32,000 nucleotides of DNA from assembly GCF_000012805.1 (NCBI RefSeq), contig NC_007484.1, forward strand, positions 90,001-122,000, written 5' to 3'. The stretch comes from Nitrosococcus oceani ATCC 19707 (lineage in GTDB: Bacteria; Pseudomonadota; Gammaproteobacteria; Nitrosococcales; Nitrosococcaceae). Each line of letters begins with the position of its first letter. Within the stretch, counting starts at the first letter, position 1. This document shows positions 14,323 through 22,972 of this stretch, in pieces. The translations under genes were made by a program, and so were the position numbers. The notes beneath the pieces are model-generated. The model saw only the letters and a program-made list of their open reading frames with translations, did no database searches and had not been told where the DNA came from.

Positions 14323-14952
14323 CTAACTAACAACAGCACTACTCATCCCCATCTCTCCATGAATAAGCCATGCTTCCATCTCGGCAAAACTCTGCACTCG
14401 GCCCGTGGCTTGAATTTCCATGCCCAATTGCTTGCCAATCTGAGTAATGGAAAAGATGCCGCGAACAAGGGGTCCTGTTGTCTCGGTACTTCGATCCAGC
14501 ACGAGCGCATGTTGCCGTCGTGCCTCCCGTAGTACTTCCACCACATCGCCAACGCTGGCCTGGTAAACGTCTTCCATATCTAGGGCCTCGAGCTGGTTGC
14601 GCGGTGTCATGACATGGGCTACCTGAATCTCACTATGGGGTATATGTTCCTGTGAAATAAGCCTGATTGGCTTTTCACCTAGGATATCATGGGCCGTAAT
14701 AGCACCAATAACTGCGCCGTCGGAGGCGGTAACAAGTAAAAGACGCACTCCCTCGCTTATCATTTTCTGCAATGCGGAATCAATGCTGAGATCGGAGGAT
14801 ACCGTGACTGCCTTGACCCGGCGCAGATCGGTCATAACATCGATAGCTGGACTAGCCATCGTGACTTTTTCCGGTAGGTTCTGCAAAAATTGGAACACCT
14901 GGGTGTTCTTGGGAAGCGAATGAGTCGCGAGTTTGAAATAGCCATTATCCAT
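14323..14952 (-). CDS. CBS-domain pair protein
   Basis: Two CBS repeats are present: VMTDL..V.AVTVSSDLSIDSAL..M...GVRLLLV....G...G.IT..DI and VMTP......L...........V.....R...ALVLD........GI.S..QI. Confidence 0.78.
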   Translation of the reverse strand: MDNGYFKLATHSLPKNTQVFQFLQNLPEKVTMASPAIDVMTDLRRVKAVTVSSDLSIDSALQKMISEGVRLLLVTASDGAVIGAITAHDILGEKPIRLISQEHIPHSEIQVAHVMTPRNQLEALDMEDVYQASVGDVVEVLREARRQHALVLDRSTETTGPLVRGIFSITQIGKQLGMEIQATGRVQSFAEMEAWLIHGEMGMSSAVVS

Positions 14953-15188
14953 TAGATGATTACCTCATAGAAAAAATGATACAACGCGAACACACCATAA
15001 CGGCCCCCTTTCCGGGATAATCACGTATTCCCCCTGGATCGAGGAAAACTAAGGAAAGCGGGTAAAAAACTCTACTTTTCATTTGTCCACTGTGCCCTAG
15101 CCCTGTCGCACCGGCTCCAAACGCTAATGCATGACGCTTGAAGTCAAGCCCCTTAGCAATTAGCTACTCCGGTACACTGGCATCGCCC

Positions 15189-15731
15189 TCAGACGGCGGT
15201 AAGCAGGTTACCGTTCTGATCTCGCATCACCAGCTTGTTATCCTTGGCAAAGCCGATCAGAAAATCGAAAAGCATTGGGTTTTCCAATTGCAACTCCGCA
15301 TCCACCATTACGCACTTTATTCCCTGGGGTGACACCCCCATGTTAAGATGCGGGTTAAATATAGCAGTATGATTGGAGCTGTAGCTGGCTCCCGTGTAAT
15401 ATAGACGCTCGGCCCAATTACTAGGGCGAAATCTTTCATCCCTAGCAGTAATACCGTAGATAAAGACTCTTTTGACGCCAAGAGATTCGGCGTCGATGGC
15501 ATTACTATCGACTTCATCCGGTGCGGATGCGCCGTTAACGACAAATCGCACCTGTTGCCCCCGGAGCTTTTCGCCCAGATAATAGGACTCCTTAGCTTTA
15601 GGGATCTGACTATCAGCGGAGGGCGTTCCAATAGCTCCAGCCCCCGCTCCCAATGCGGCCATGAAGAACCATGAAATTAACCGCTTGAATTTCCGGATGA
15701 TCCCGTTTCCAGTTTTTTGTATGGAATTCAT
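15189..15731 (-). CDS. DUF3579-like protein with an N-terminal signal/TM extension
   Basis: The C-terminal ~100 aa (VFIYGITARDERFRPSNWAERL...GIKCVMVDAELQLENPMLFDFLIGFAKDNKL) resemble the DUF3579 pattern (G.T..G..FRPSDWAERL....V.V....L......F..FA..N.L). The N-terminus has a hydrophobic segment, LISWFFMAALGAGAGAIG. Confidence 0.55.
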   Translation of the reverse strand: MNSIQKTGNGIIRKFKRLISWFFMAALGAGAGAIGTPSADSQIPKAKESYYLGEKLRGQQVRFVVNGASAPDEVDSNAIDAESLGVKRVFIYGITARDERFRPSNWAERLYYTGASYSSNHTAIFNPHLNMGVSPQGIKCVMVDAELQLENPMLFDFLIGFAKDNKLVMRDQNGNLLTAV

Positions 15732-15902
15732 AGTGCAACCTCCTAAAGCAATGACGGTTTGTTGCTTTTGATCATCGTAAAAGAATTTTATGCAAGTTAT
15801 GTGCTATAGCTCTTTAAGCTATGGTTAACTTACTCAATAACTGGAAGAAATAAAGCGATCAACCCGCCGGCAGGGAACGAATATTGAGAGAAAAGGGTGA
15901 TT

Positions 15903-15947
15903 CCCCCCACTCCAGTGGGGGGATTTCAACAGTAGGGGGATTTCAAC
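15903..15947. promoter_or_regulatory. 20-nt near-palindrome plus 13-bp direct repeat
   Basis: CCCCCCACT-CC-AGTGGGGGG spans 15903-15922. GGGGGATTTCAAC occurs twice (15918-15930 and 15935-15947). The element sits between the YdjM-like gene stop and the DUF3579 gene start. Confidence 0.4.
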
Positions 15948-16086
15948 TAGCAATATAGGCGCATGAGTAGATTGGCAACAGCGCTGATAAATTCAGAATC
16001 AATTCTACTGTGTTGTTAAGGGGAAGGTTTGAGCATCACCAAAAGGGTTAAAGCTATTGGGGTGCGCCGCTTGGAATCAACGATTT

Positions 16087-17157
16087 TTAATCGGGGCGGC
16101 ATCTGAGCTGGGCGGAAGCATCACTGTTGGAATCTGGCGAAGGAGAGGCTGCCTGCTCAAGGGGGCGCCCCAGTAGCATATCCAAAAAGGCGCGCCGGGT
16201 GACTTTGTCCAAATGGCGGAAAGTACGAAAGCGAACATGCTGATTCTGCCGTGCAAGATCCAACTCGATGCCCCATAAAGGGATGAGCTGAGTAGGTAAC
16301 ATAGCATAGCGGATATCGCCAAGTATACAAGGTTGATTTGGATACTGGATTATGTATCCATCCGAGAAATCCGTGAATCGATCAATATCCTGAGCCAGGA
16401 CTGATCCGGTTTTAAGTCCATCCAGCCTTTCCGGGGAAAAATGTTCAATGGAGCTGCCAGGATAAATGCGTGGCTCGCTAAAGACGCCAGCGCGTACCGC
16501 ATTTACATAAAACCGTCCATTGGTTTCGTAAATGGTACGCCACAAAATAATATTACCTAAGGTTGGTTTGGCTTCTAGCCGTTCTATCCGCTGACCCTGG
16601 CTTTCGGCAAAGGTCGTTATAAAATTTTCTACCCGCTCCCGTTGTGCAAGACCAACCAACAGATAAAGAACGGCAATGCCTAGTCCTAGACGGGCCGGCA
16701 ACGGCGTAGATTTGAGCAGGCCCCACCCCAAAGCGATAATCAGCACTCCAGAAAATAAGGGATCGACGACGGCAATTAAATTCCAAGCAATTCGCGCCTC
16801 CGACACCGGCCAGAAGAGCTGTGTGCCATAGCTGGTACAGGCATCCAACAAACCGCTGGGCAAATAACCGAGTACAGCAAGAGGATATAACTGCCCAAAA
16901 TTGATGCGCCGCCGCAGAAATGGCCAGAGCAGTACTGTAGCGACCAATCCTCCAATAGGGACAAATAGGAGAGAATGGGTGAACTGCCGATGGTATTCAA
17001 GGACGAGGAGGGGATCATCTGGAGAGCGGATAAAGATATCCGCATCAGCCAACAATCCAGCTATAAATCCCACTGCGGCAGCCAAACGCGCCTGGGATGG
17101 GCGGGCAGCCGATTGGGCGACTACCGCACCTAGCAAACCTTGAGTCACAATATCCAC
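16087..17157 (-). CDS. YdjM/DUF457-type membrane-bound metal-dependent hydrolase with a C-terminal soluble domain
   Basis: MDIVTQGLLGA......, DADIF and YHRQFTHSLLF fit the family. Several TM helices are followed by about 170 aa of non-membrane sequence. Confidence 0.68.
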   Translation of the reverse strand: MDIVTQGLLGAVVAQSAARPSQARLAAAVGFIAGLLADADIFIRSPDDPLLVLEYHRQFTHSLLFVPIGGLVATVLLWPFLRRRINFGQLYPLAVLGYLPSGLLDACTSYGTQLFWPVSEARIAWNLIAVVDPLFSGVLIIALGWGLLKSTPLPARLGLGIAVLYLLVGLAQRERVENFITTFAESQGQRIERLEAKPTLGNIILWRTIYETNGRFYVNAVRAGVFSEPRIYPGSSIEHFSPERLDGLKTGSVLAQDIDRFTDFSDGYIIQYPNQPCILGDIRYAMLPTQLIPLWGIELDLARQNQHVRFRTFRHLDKVTRRAFLDMLLGRPLEQAASPSPDSNSDASAQLRCRPD

Positions 17158-17268
17158 TAGGTAAACCGATCTTGCCCGGAGGAGGCAGTGTAGAGAAACC
17201 TAGGAGAATACTTGCTGGAATAAGCAACTGCTGCGGTTAACATTTTATGGCTTTGGCGGATTTTTGGA

Positions 17269-18123
17269 TTATGGCCATATTGCTGGCACCAGGACAGGAA
17301 TGTAGTCTTGCTGTAGGTAAGGGGCAAAAAGCAAGCGAGGAACAACCTGCGGATAAAAATATTGCTGCCAAAAAGCCGTATGCACCCGTTGGAAGCCCCT
17401 AACAACAGCTGGCGCAACTCCTAAGGCAACCGCATCGACTAGGCAGTACCAGGCGGCAACACCGCTAGGGGGATTCCCCTGGGGAAGCTGCAGTACGGGA
17501 TCAATAGGCACCCATCGCCAAGTACCACAGGAAACGCCAATGAGTTCCAGCCAGGTAGTTACAAAAAAGGCGCCAAGGTAAACGCCCGGCGAGCGTCCGA
17601 ATAGGACGAACAGGACAAATACAATAAATAATAATGCGCCCACCATATCTCCCTGGGGAGCGATGGTTACGCCCCAAAGGGACCAAAGCCCGCCAGCCGT
17701 TAGCACTGTCGCGGTAATAACTTTAAGGTTTTGCTTGAAAAGTTCCGAGCGAGCTAGGGCCACAGCGGTCAGATAGACCATGCCATGACCTGGCGGAACA
17801 TAGGCGGGAACATTATGAAAACGGTAAATATAGCCTTCCATATAAGGAGAGGCAAAATGCTCGCCTATGGTAGCAAACGCCACCGCAACGAGTACCTGGG
17901 CGCGGACTAGACCACTTTCTCCACGAAGCAGCGCGAATAGGAATACCCAGGCGCAAACGCCCAGAAAATTCTGAAAGGTTAAAGTAGCATCCGCATCCAG
18001 ATATAGGCACAGGGCAATGGATGCAAAGACGATCAACGCAATTCCATAATTACGAAAATCCCTATTCGCCGTTCCAAGGGGTACCTTCCCAAGCAAGCCC
18101 AGGCGAACGCTCTCTTCCCTCAT
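17269..18123 (-). CDS. Polytopic membrane protein of unknown function
   Basis: It has about 7 hydrophobic segments. I prefer the ATG at 18123, preceded by GGAG at a 6-nt spacing, over the TTG at 18147. I recognise no family. Confidence 0.55.
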   Translation of the reverse strand: MREESVRLGLLGKVPLGTANRDFRNYGIALIVFASIALCLYLDADATLTFQNFLGVCAWVFLFALLRGESGLVRAQVLVAVAFATIGEHFASPYMEGYIYRFHNVPAYVPPGHGMVYLTAVALARSELFKQNLKVITATVLTAGGLWSLWGVTIAPQGDMVGALLFIVFVLFVLFGRSPGVYLGAFFVTTWLELIGVSCGTWRWVPIDPVLQLPQGNPPSGVAAWYCLVDAVALGVAPAVVRGFQRVHTAFWQQYFYPQVVPRLLFAPYLQQDYIPVLVPAIWP

Positions 18124-18237
18124 GATGATCTCCGACTTTCTTAGCAAATTTTTTGCTTGTTTTTTAACATCAAGCCATTGTAGGAGATGGGGTATAAAGG
18201 GGCAAGCTTGATTACGCCGATAAGCGAAGCGATCAGA

Positions 18238-18792
18238 TCAAAAAGAAGAATCAGCTTTCTTTAGAAAGGCGATCTCTGCTGGAGTAGATGGTCGCTCTAA
18301 TATTTGGTTTCGATGGGGATAACGACCAAACCGAGTAATAATTGCTTGATGCTTTATCTCACAATCATACTGGGACTCTAATCCCGGCTCAGCAAATAAT
18401 TTTATCCCAATCTGGTGAATTTTTAGGGATTCACTGTGCATAAAAGGCATATAAAGAAATATCTTATGCTCCGAATTGAGCATTTTACCGACATTTTTAT
18501 CAATGGCTTCCTGAGACAGAATTAGCGCGGCCGTATCATAAGCAAAGGACAAGGGGTGATTGCGATATATATTTCGTGAGAATTGATCTAAAATAATGAT
18601 TTCAGCTAACCTGCCAAAAGGCTCTCTCCTCCACTCGTAGAGTTCGCCCTGCACCGCCGCTCTATGATGGGCTTTGAAACGTTCCTTGATAAGTTGGTCA
18701 AAGTGGGGGATTTTTTTCCACCAAGACTCAGGCTTAATCTCTTTAAACCAAAAATCTATAATCTGCTGATGATGCATGCTATTAAGTAGCAT
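18238..18792 (-). CDS. DUF924 family protein
   Basis: IIDFWF.E..PE.WW.K...FD..I..RF, LDQFSRN.YR, HSE and RFGR.PHRN..L.R.ST..E..FL match the DUF924 pattern. The start is ambiguous (TTG 18801, ATG 18792 or ATG 18777). Confidence 0.78.
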   Translation of the reverse strand: MLLNSMHHQQIIDFWFKEIKPESWWKKIPHFDQLIKERFKAHHRAAVQGELYEWRREPFGRLAEIIILDQFSRNIYRNHPLSFAYDTAALILSQEAIDKNVGKMLNSEHKIFLYMPFMHSESLKIHQIGIKLFAEPGLESQYDCEIKHQAIITRFGRYPHRNQILERPSTPAEIAFLKKADSSF

Positions 18793-18916
18793 TAATTTCA
18801 AAGCTTATTTGAAAATAGCGCTCAGCAATTATTAAGTTTAATTCCATAAAGTAATGCCTTTATCAAGAATTGCAATGCAAAATCTGGCTCTGGTTTTTTA
18901 AATTTTCTTCAACTCA

Positions 18917-19843
18917 TTAACAGGAAAGTTCATCCAGGCAAGCGGACAGCATTTGTTCAAGGGAGCAGGGTTCAATGCCTAGATCATTAAAGGTGCTGGC
19001 CTTGGCGTTAGCCACATTATCTGTTTCCATGAGTATGACCTGATCTAAGGTCAGGGGGGCATTAGGCAGGAGGGAGGCTATCCTGGCAAGTAGCCTCCAG
19101 ACGACAAAAGGCACCGGCAACAGTAGTCGGCGACGACTGAGGTGAGTCAGCACTTGTTCTATGATATCTCGGTAGCGATAGGCGCGGGCTCCACCCAGTT
19201 CGAAAGTTTTTCCACTCGCCTCAGGCATTTCCAGAACCTGAAGCACCGCCCTGGCCACATCCTCCACATAGACGGGTTGCAGTCGAGTAGAACCTTGACC
19301 AAAGAGGGGTACCACGGGCAGCCGAGTCACTGTTTTCAGGGAATTTAGAAACGCATCATTGGGGCCAAACATCACACTAGGCCGCAGTATGGTAGCGTTT
19401 GGAAAAATCTCCCGAACCCGTTGCTCGCCGTAGGCGCGGGCGCGCGCATATTTCGAGGCTGACGCCGGATCTACCCCAATCCCCGAGATATGGATAAGCC
19501 TGCGGATACCGGCTTCCCCGGCTCGCCGCGCGACGCGCTCCGCTCCTTCTTCGTGGATAGCCCTAAAAGTCGCTTGCCCCTGTTCCACATAGAGTCCGAC
19601 GGCATTCACCACGCCAGTGGCGCCCTTGAGCGCTTCAGCAACGGAATCCTCATCGCGGACATCCGCCCTTTGGAGTGCAATCTGGCCGCGGGCTCCGGCA
19701 AGATTTGGAGCACGGGGATGGCGGGCCACAATCCGTACCCTCATCCCCGACTCAACAAGGCGGTGGACAATAGCGCGGCCTAAAAAACCGGTGCCGCCAA
19801 AGACAGTGATTAAGTTAGGTAATGGAGAGATTATCTTAACCAT
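18917..19843 (-). CDS. NAD(P)-binding atypical SDR (complex I NDUFA9-like / NmrA-like)
   Basis: TVFGGTGFLGRAIVHRL is the Rossmann motif. HISG.G, Y..SK..GE, ILRPS..FG and VYV.DVA blocks are also present. Confidence 0.78.
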   Translation of the reverse strand: MVKIISPLPNLITVFGGTGFLGRAIVHRLVESGMRVRIVARHPRAPNLAGARGQIALQRADVRDEDSVAEALKGATGVVNAVGLYVEQGQATFRAIHEEGAERVARRAGEAGIRRLIHISGIGVDPASASKYARARAYGEQRVREIFPNATILRPSVMFGPNDAFLNSLKTVTRLPVVPLFGQGSTRLQPVYVEDVARAVLQVLEMPEASGKTFELGGARAYRYRDIIEQVLTHLSRRRLLLPVPFVVWRLLARIASLLPNAPLTLDQVILMETDNVANAKASTFNDLGIEPCSLEQMLSACLDELSC

Positions 19844-19885
19844 ACTCTATAATAAATAAGTCCTGAAGCACTGCCGGAGCATACT

Positions 19886-20800
19886 GTGCCTAATACTACT
19901 CAAAACGCGCCCACGAATGTGGAAGAGATTGCCACTTCTATGCAAGATACCGTGCTGGGAATCTGGGCCGACTTTGTGAATCATAGCCCTTTTCTGGTGA
20001 TGGGAGCATTGATTTTATTATTCACGTGGGGAATATCCGCACTTGCTGCCCGGCTGATGGATGCTTCTTTGCGCCATTCCAAAATGCGGGGGTCGCTGCG
20101 CGAATTGTTTGTTCGGCTCCTGAGCATTGGTATTTGGATCACTGGAATTTTGCTTGCCGCTATGGTGACATTCCCTGGTTTGACACCAGCGCGGGCCTTG
20201 AGCGCCATGGGTATTGTGTCCATTGCCGTGGGTTTTGCTTTTAAAGATATTTTCGAGAATTTTTTTGCTGGAATTCTGTTACTTTGGCGTTTTCCTTTTG
20301 AAAAAGGGGATTTTATTGAATGTGAAGGAATTAGCGGGCAGGTGGAGCATATTTCTGTACGGCAAACCTTAATCCGTCAGACTTCCGGCGAACTGGTTAT
20401 TGCCCCCAACTCTTTTCTATTTCTCAATCCTACCAAAGTGCTGACCAATTTACCCCGGCGACGAATAACGATTATTACCGGAATAGCCTATGGCGAAAAT
20501 GTAACTGAGGCGGTCCGTGTAATTGAGCACGCCGTAGATGAATGCAGGACGGTCCACAAAGACCGGCCTCTAGAGATTTTCCCCCAGGCCTTTGGGGCCA
20601 GCAGTATTGATATTGAGGTGACTTGGTGGGCCGATCCTACGCCGGTGGATGTCCGCCGCTCACGAGGCGAGGTGGTCACGGCCATCAAAGGAGCTCTGGA
20701 CGAGGCCGGAATTGAGATTCCTTTCCCCTATCGCACCTTAACCTTTAAACATCCCTTGGAGACCGTATCATTGGAGAAAAGTGAGGGAGAAATTAGTTAA
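19886..20800 (+). CDS. Small-conductance mechanosensitive channel (MscS family)
   Basis: GTG start with GGAG 6 nt upstream. Three N-terminal TM helices are followed by FEKGDFIECEGISGQVEHISVRQTLIRQTSGELVIAPNS, the canonical MscS beta-domain signature. Confidence 0.85.
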   Translation: MPNTTQNAPTNVEEIATSMQDTVLGIWADFVNHSPFLVMGALILLFTWGISALAARLMDASLRHSKMRGSLRELFVRLLSIGIWITGILLAAMVTFPGLTPARALSAMGIVSIAVGFAFKDIFENFFAGILLLWRFPFEKGDFIECEGISGQVEHISVRQTLIRQTSGELVIAPNSFLFLNPTKVLTNLPRRRITIITGIAYGENVTEAVRVIEHAVDECRTVHKDRPLEIFPQAFGASSIDIEVTWWADPTPVDVRRSRGEVVTAIKGALDEAGIEIPFPYRTLTFKHPLETVSLEKSEGEIS

Positions 20801-20928
20801 CCTGGTATGCGGCAGGCGAAATTACTTAATGCTACCTTAAAAAACCAGGATGGATAAGTATTCAACCTGAAATCCAAATTTCTGCGGATATATTCTTCAA
20901 GCTCAATAAAATCCTGGCGAATAAGTCC

Positions 20929-20956
20929 GCTGCCCCGCCCCAAAGGAAAGGGCAGC
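20929..20956. terminator. Hairpin between the convergent mscS and FNT genes
   Basis: GCTGCCC-N14-GGGCAGC, followed by AAACAATTTATTT. Confidence 0.35.
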
Positions 20957-21010
20957 AAACAATTTATTTCGCGTCAAAAGAGTGCATGACATCCCTGTCT
21001 TGGGCTCCTT

Positions 21011-21931
21011 TTACGGGTTGATGCTATGAGTGTAATACCAAAGAGTGGCATTAAAAATCAAGGCACCCAGGATATTACCAAGCGTTACCGGGATTTGATT
21101 CCACATCCACCAGTCGTAAAGGGTAACCTCCGCACCAGCAAGTATTCCCACAGGGAAAACAAACATATTGACCACGGTATGCTCAAACCCCAGGGCAAAG
21201 AAGGTAGCGAGGGGAAACCACATCAGCATCACCTTTCCTGGAACGCTGCGGGCAGCCTTGGCAAAGACGGGCGCTAGGCTGACCAACCAGTTACAGAGAA
21301 TCCCCATTCCCACCGCAGCTAGCCATCCGATAGCTCCATAGTCCACATAAGAGGCCTTTTTTTCAGCCAAATGGGCTAAGGTAGTCAGTACCCCTGGGGG
21401 AGCAGCAGCTCCCCCTTTAGTAAGAGAGAACCAAAGCAGCCATGCAAAGAAAAGTCCCCCGAGGAGGTTTCCAAGCAAAGTCCAACTCCAATTACGCACA
21501 ACCCGCCATGCTTTAACGCGGCCGGCGTACATACCGATAGGCATGACTGAAAAACTTCCGGTCGCCATTTCAAAACCCAGGGTTGCAAGCATAATATAAC
21601 CAACCGGAAAAATAAGGCCGGCGGCGGCGCTCGACCACCCCTGAGCTACAAGCAAGGCTGAAAGCGCGGTTGCATAGGCCAAAAAGGGAGTGCATAGAAA
21701 CCCCCGTATGAGAATATTGGAGGTAGTGAATTTATCCTTTTTAACGGCATCTTCGGCAATATCACGCCCCATCTGGGCGGGGGGCACGGCATCAAGCACC
21801 GTAAAGTCGCTAGATTTTGCCGGGACTGGGTTCCCTGCAATAGTAGACCCCCCAGCCACTGGATGGTTGACTGGGGGGGCCTCTTGGGGGATTGGTTTAT
21901 CTGTTTCACTCATAGTGTGACTAGCCTTCAT
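21011..21931 (-). CDS. Formate/nitrite transporter (FNT) family channel
   Basis: GFEMATGSF is the ELFTG-type loop with a conserved Thr. ALGFEHTVVNMF contains the central His. The protein has six TM helices. The start is uncertain (M1 at 21931, M7 at 21913, M54 at 21772). Confidence 0.88.
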   Translation of the reverse strand: MKASHTMSETDKPIPQEAPPVNHPVAGGSTIAGNPVPAKSSDFTVLDAVPPAQMGRDIAEDAVKKDKFTTSNILIRGFLCTPFLAYATALSALLVAQGWSSAAAGLIFPVGYIMLATLGFEMATGSFSVMPIGMYAGRVKAWRVVRNWSWTLLGNLLGGLFFAWLLWFSLTKGGAAAPPGVLTTLAHLAEKKASYVDYGAIGWLAAVGMGILCNWLVSLAPVFAKAARSVPGKVMLMWFPLATFFALGFEHTVVNMFVFPVGILAGAEVTLYDWWMWNQIPVTLGNILGALIFNATLWYYTHSINP

Positions 21932-22382
21932 TATTATTAAAAATTTCGTTGTTGAAGCTTACTGCTCAGAGGGCAGATCTTCTTATGTACACATGCTTGG
22001 CCTATTTTTAAAGTTTAAAATATCACTTAAAATTAAGGGAGAGGACAGCGTAAGGAAATGCCCCAAGAATAAGTCTTTAACCAAAAACAAAGTTTAGGTA
22101 GAAAAACTAAAGCCTTGCCACCTTCTCCTGCTACCAGTAGCAAATTTCCAATAGAGATAAAATATCCACCTAATATTTTTGTGGTTATTTTGACTCAAGC
22201 TAATGTTTGCGGCAAGCAATGACGCTGAACTGGTGTTGAGAAGAATCACTCTTTTACTCGCCTTCCGGATACTTGAATGCCCGTTTTGAATGTCATCTAG
22301 CGCAACAGGCTGAACTAATTATTCTATAGCGGTTCCTATTTAGTCAGCATCTGAAGGAAGAAAATTCCAAAGCAACATGTTG

Positions 22383-22414
22383 ACGGGGGTGCCTCCTGGG
22401 AGGCACCCCCGTCC
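22383..22414 (-). terminator. Strong GC-rich hairpin downstream of the secreted-protein gene
   Basis: GACGGGGGTGCCTC-CTGG-GAGGCACCCCCGTC has a 14-bp perfect stem. It lies 43 nt past the stop at 22457. The U-tract is weak. Confidence 0.6.
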
Positions 22415-22456
22415 TTGTCCATATTTTACTTTAACTTAAAGGCGGAAAGGATGGTT

Positions 22457-22972
22457 TCAATCGGGAGAGCCGTCTTTTATAGTTCCGACTCGCACTCGGT
22501 CTACCGTCCACCACCAGTGGGTTATCTCGTAACTCTTGTCCGCATCAAAGCTAATCTTTGCTGTTTCTCCATCTTTGACCGTACCTTTTTCAAGCGTAAT
22601 TTCCGATCTGGTACCTGCTGTCGTGCTTTTGTCCTCTGTTACCGCTTTTCCAAAGGGTCCTTTCTTTTGTGTCTTAATTTCATCGACACTAAAAATTACA
22701 TGAAGATCATTAACATCTACTCCTTCCTCATTCTTAAATTTGAAGTCTTCCCAATGATCAGTGACCTCAGCCGTTTCCAAATTAAACCCGTTTATTTCAT
22801 ACAATTCATTTAACTCAGGGTCATATGATTGAATCTGAGGGATTGCTGCAAGCTGAGGGGTTTCCCTGAAGATATAGGGCTCCTGAGCCCAAGCGTTAAA
22901 AGCGGGTAAGCTGAAAAATCCCAGGATAATTGCAGCTACACTCATTGCGTAATGTTTATGATTTTTAAACAT
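22457..22972 (-). CDS. Secreted hypothetical protein (orphan)
   Basis: GGAG-containing RBS (AGGAGAAATACG ATG). The signal peptide is MSVAAIILGFFSLPAFNAWA/QE. I recognise no family. GC is lower than in the neighbouring genes. Confidence 0.6.
   Translation of the reverse strand: MFKNHKHYAMSVAAIILGFFSLPAFNAWAQEPYIFRETPQLAAIPQIQSYDPELNELYEINGFNLETAEVTDHWEDFKFKNEEGVDVNDLHVIFSVDEIKTQKKGPFGKAVTEDKSTTAGTRSEITLEKGTVKDGETAKISFDADKSYEITHWWWTVDRVRVGTIKDGSPD

Noticed and set aside
14130-14552. Small + strand ORFs in or beside the CBS gene region
   Set aside because: They have no RBS. They overlap the CBS gene antisense or lie in the convergent intergenic spacer.
22286-22299. FNR-like site TTGAATGTCATCTA upstream of the FNT gene
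   Set aside because: It matches only 8/10 to TTGAT-N4-ATCAA and sits about 355 bp from the start codon. That is too weak to call as a feature, so it is mentioned only in the finding.
22415-22813. 132-codon + strand ORF
   Set aside because: It lies antisense to the secreted-protein gene, which has an RBS, a signal peptide and a terminator.
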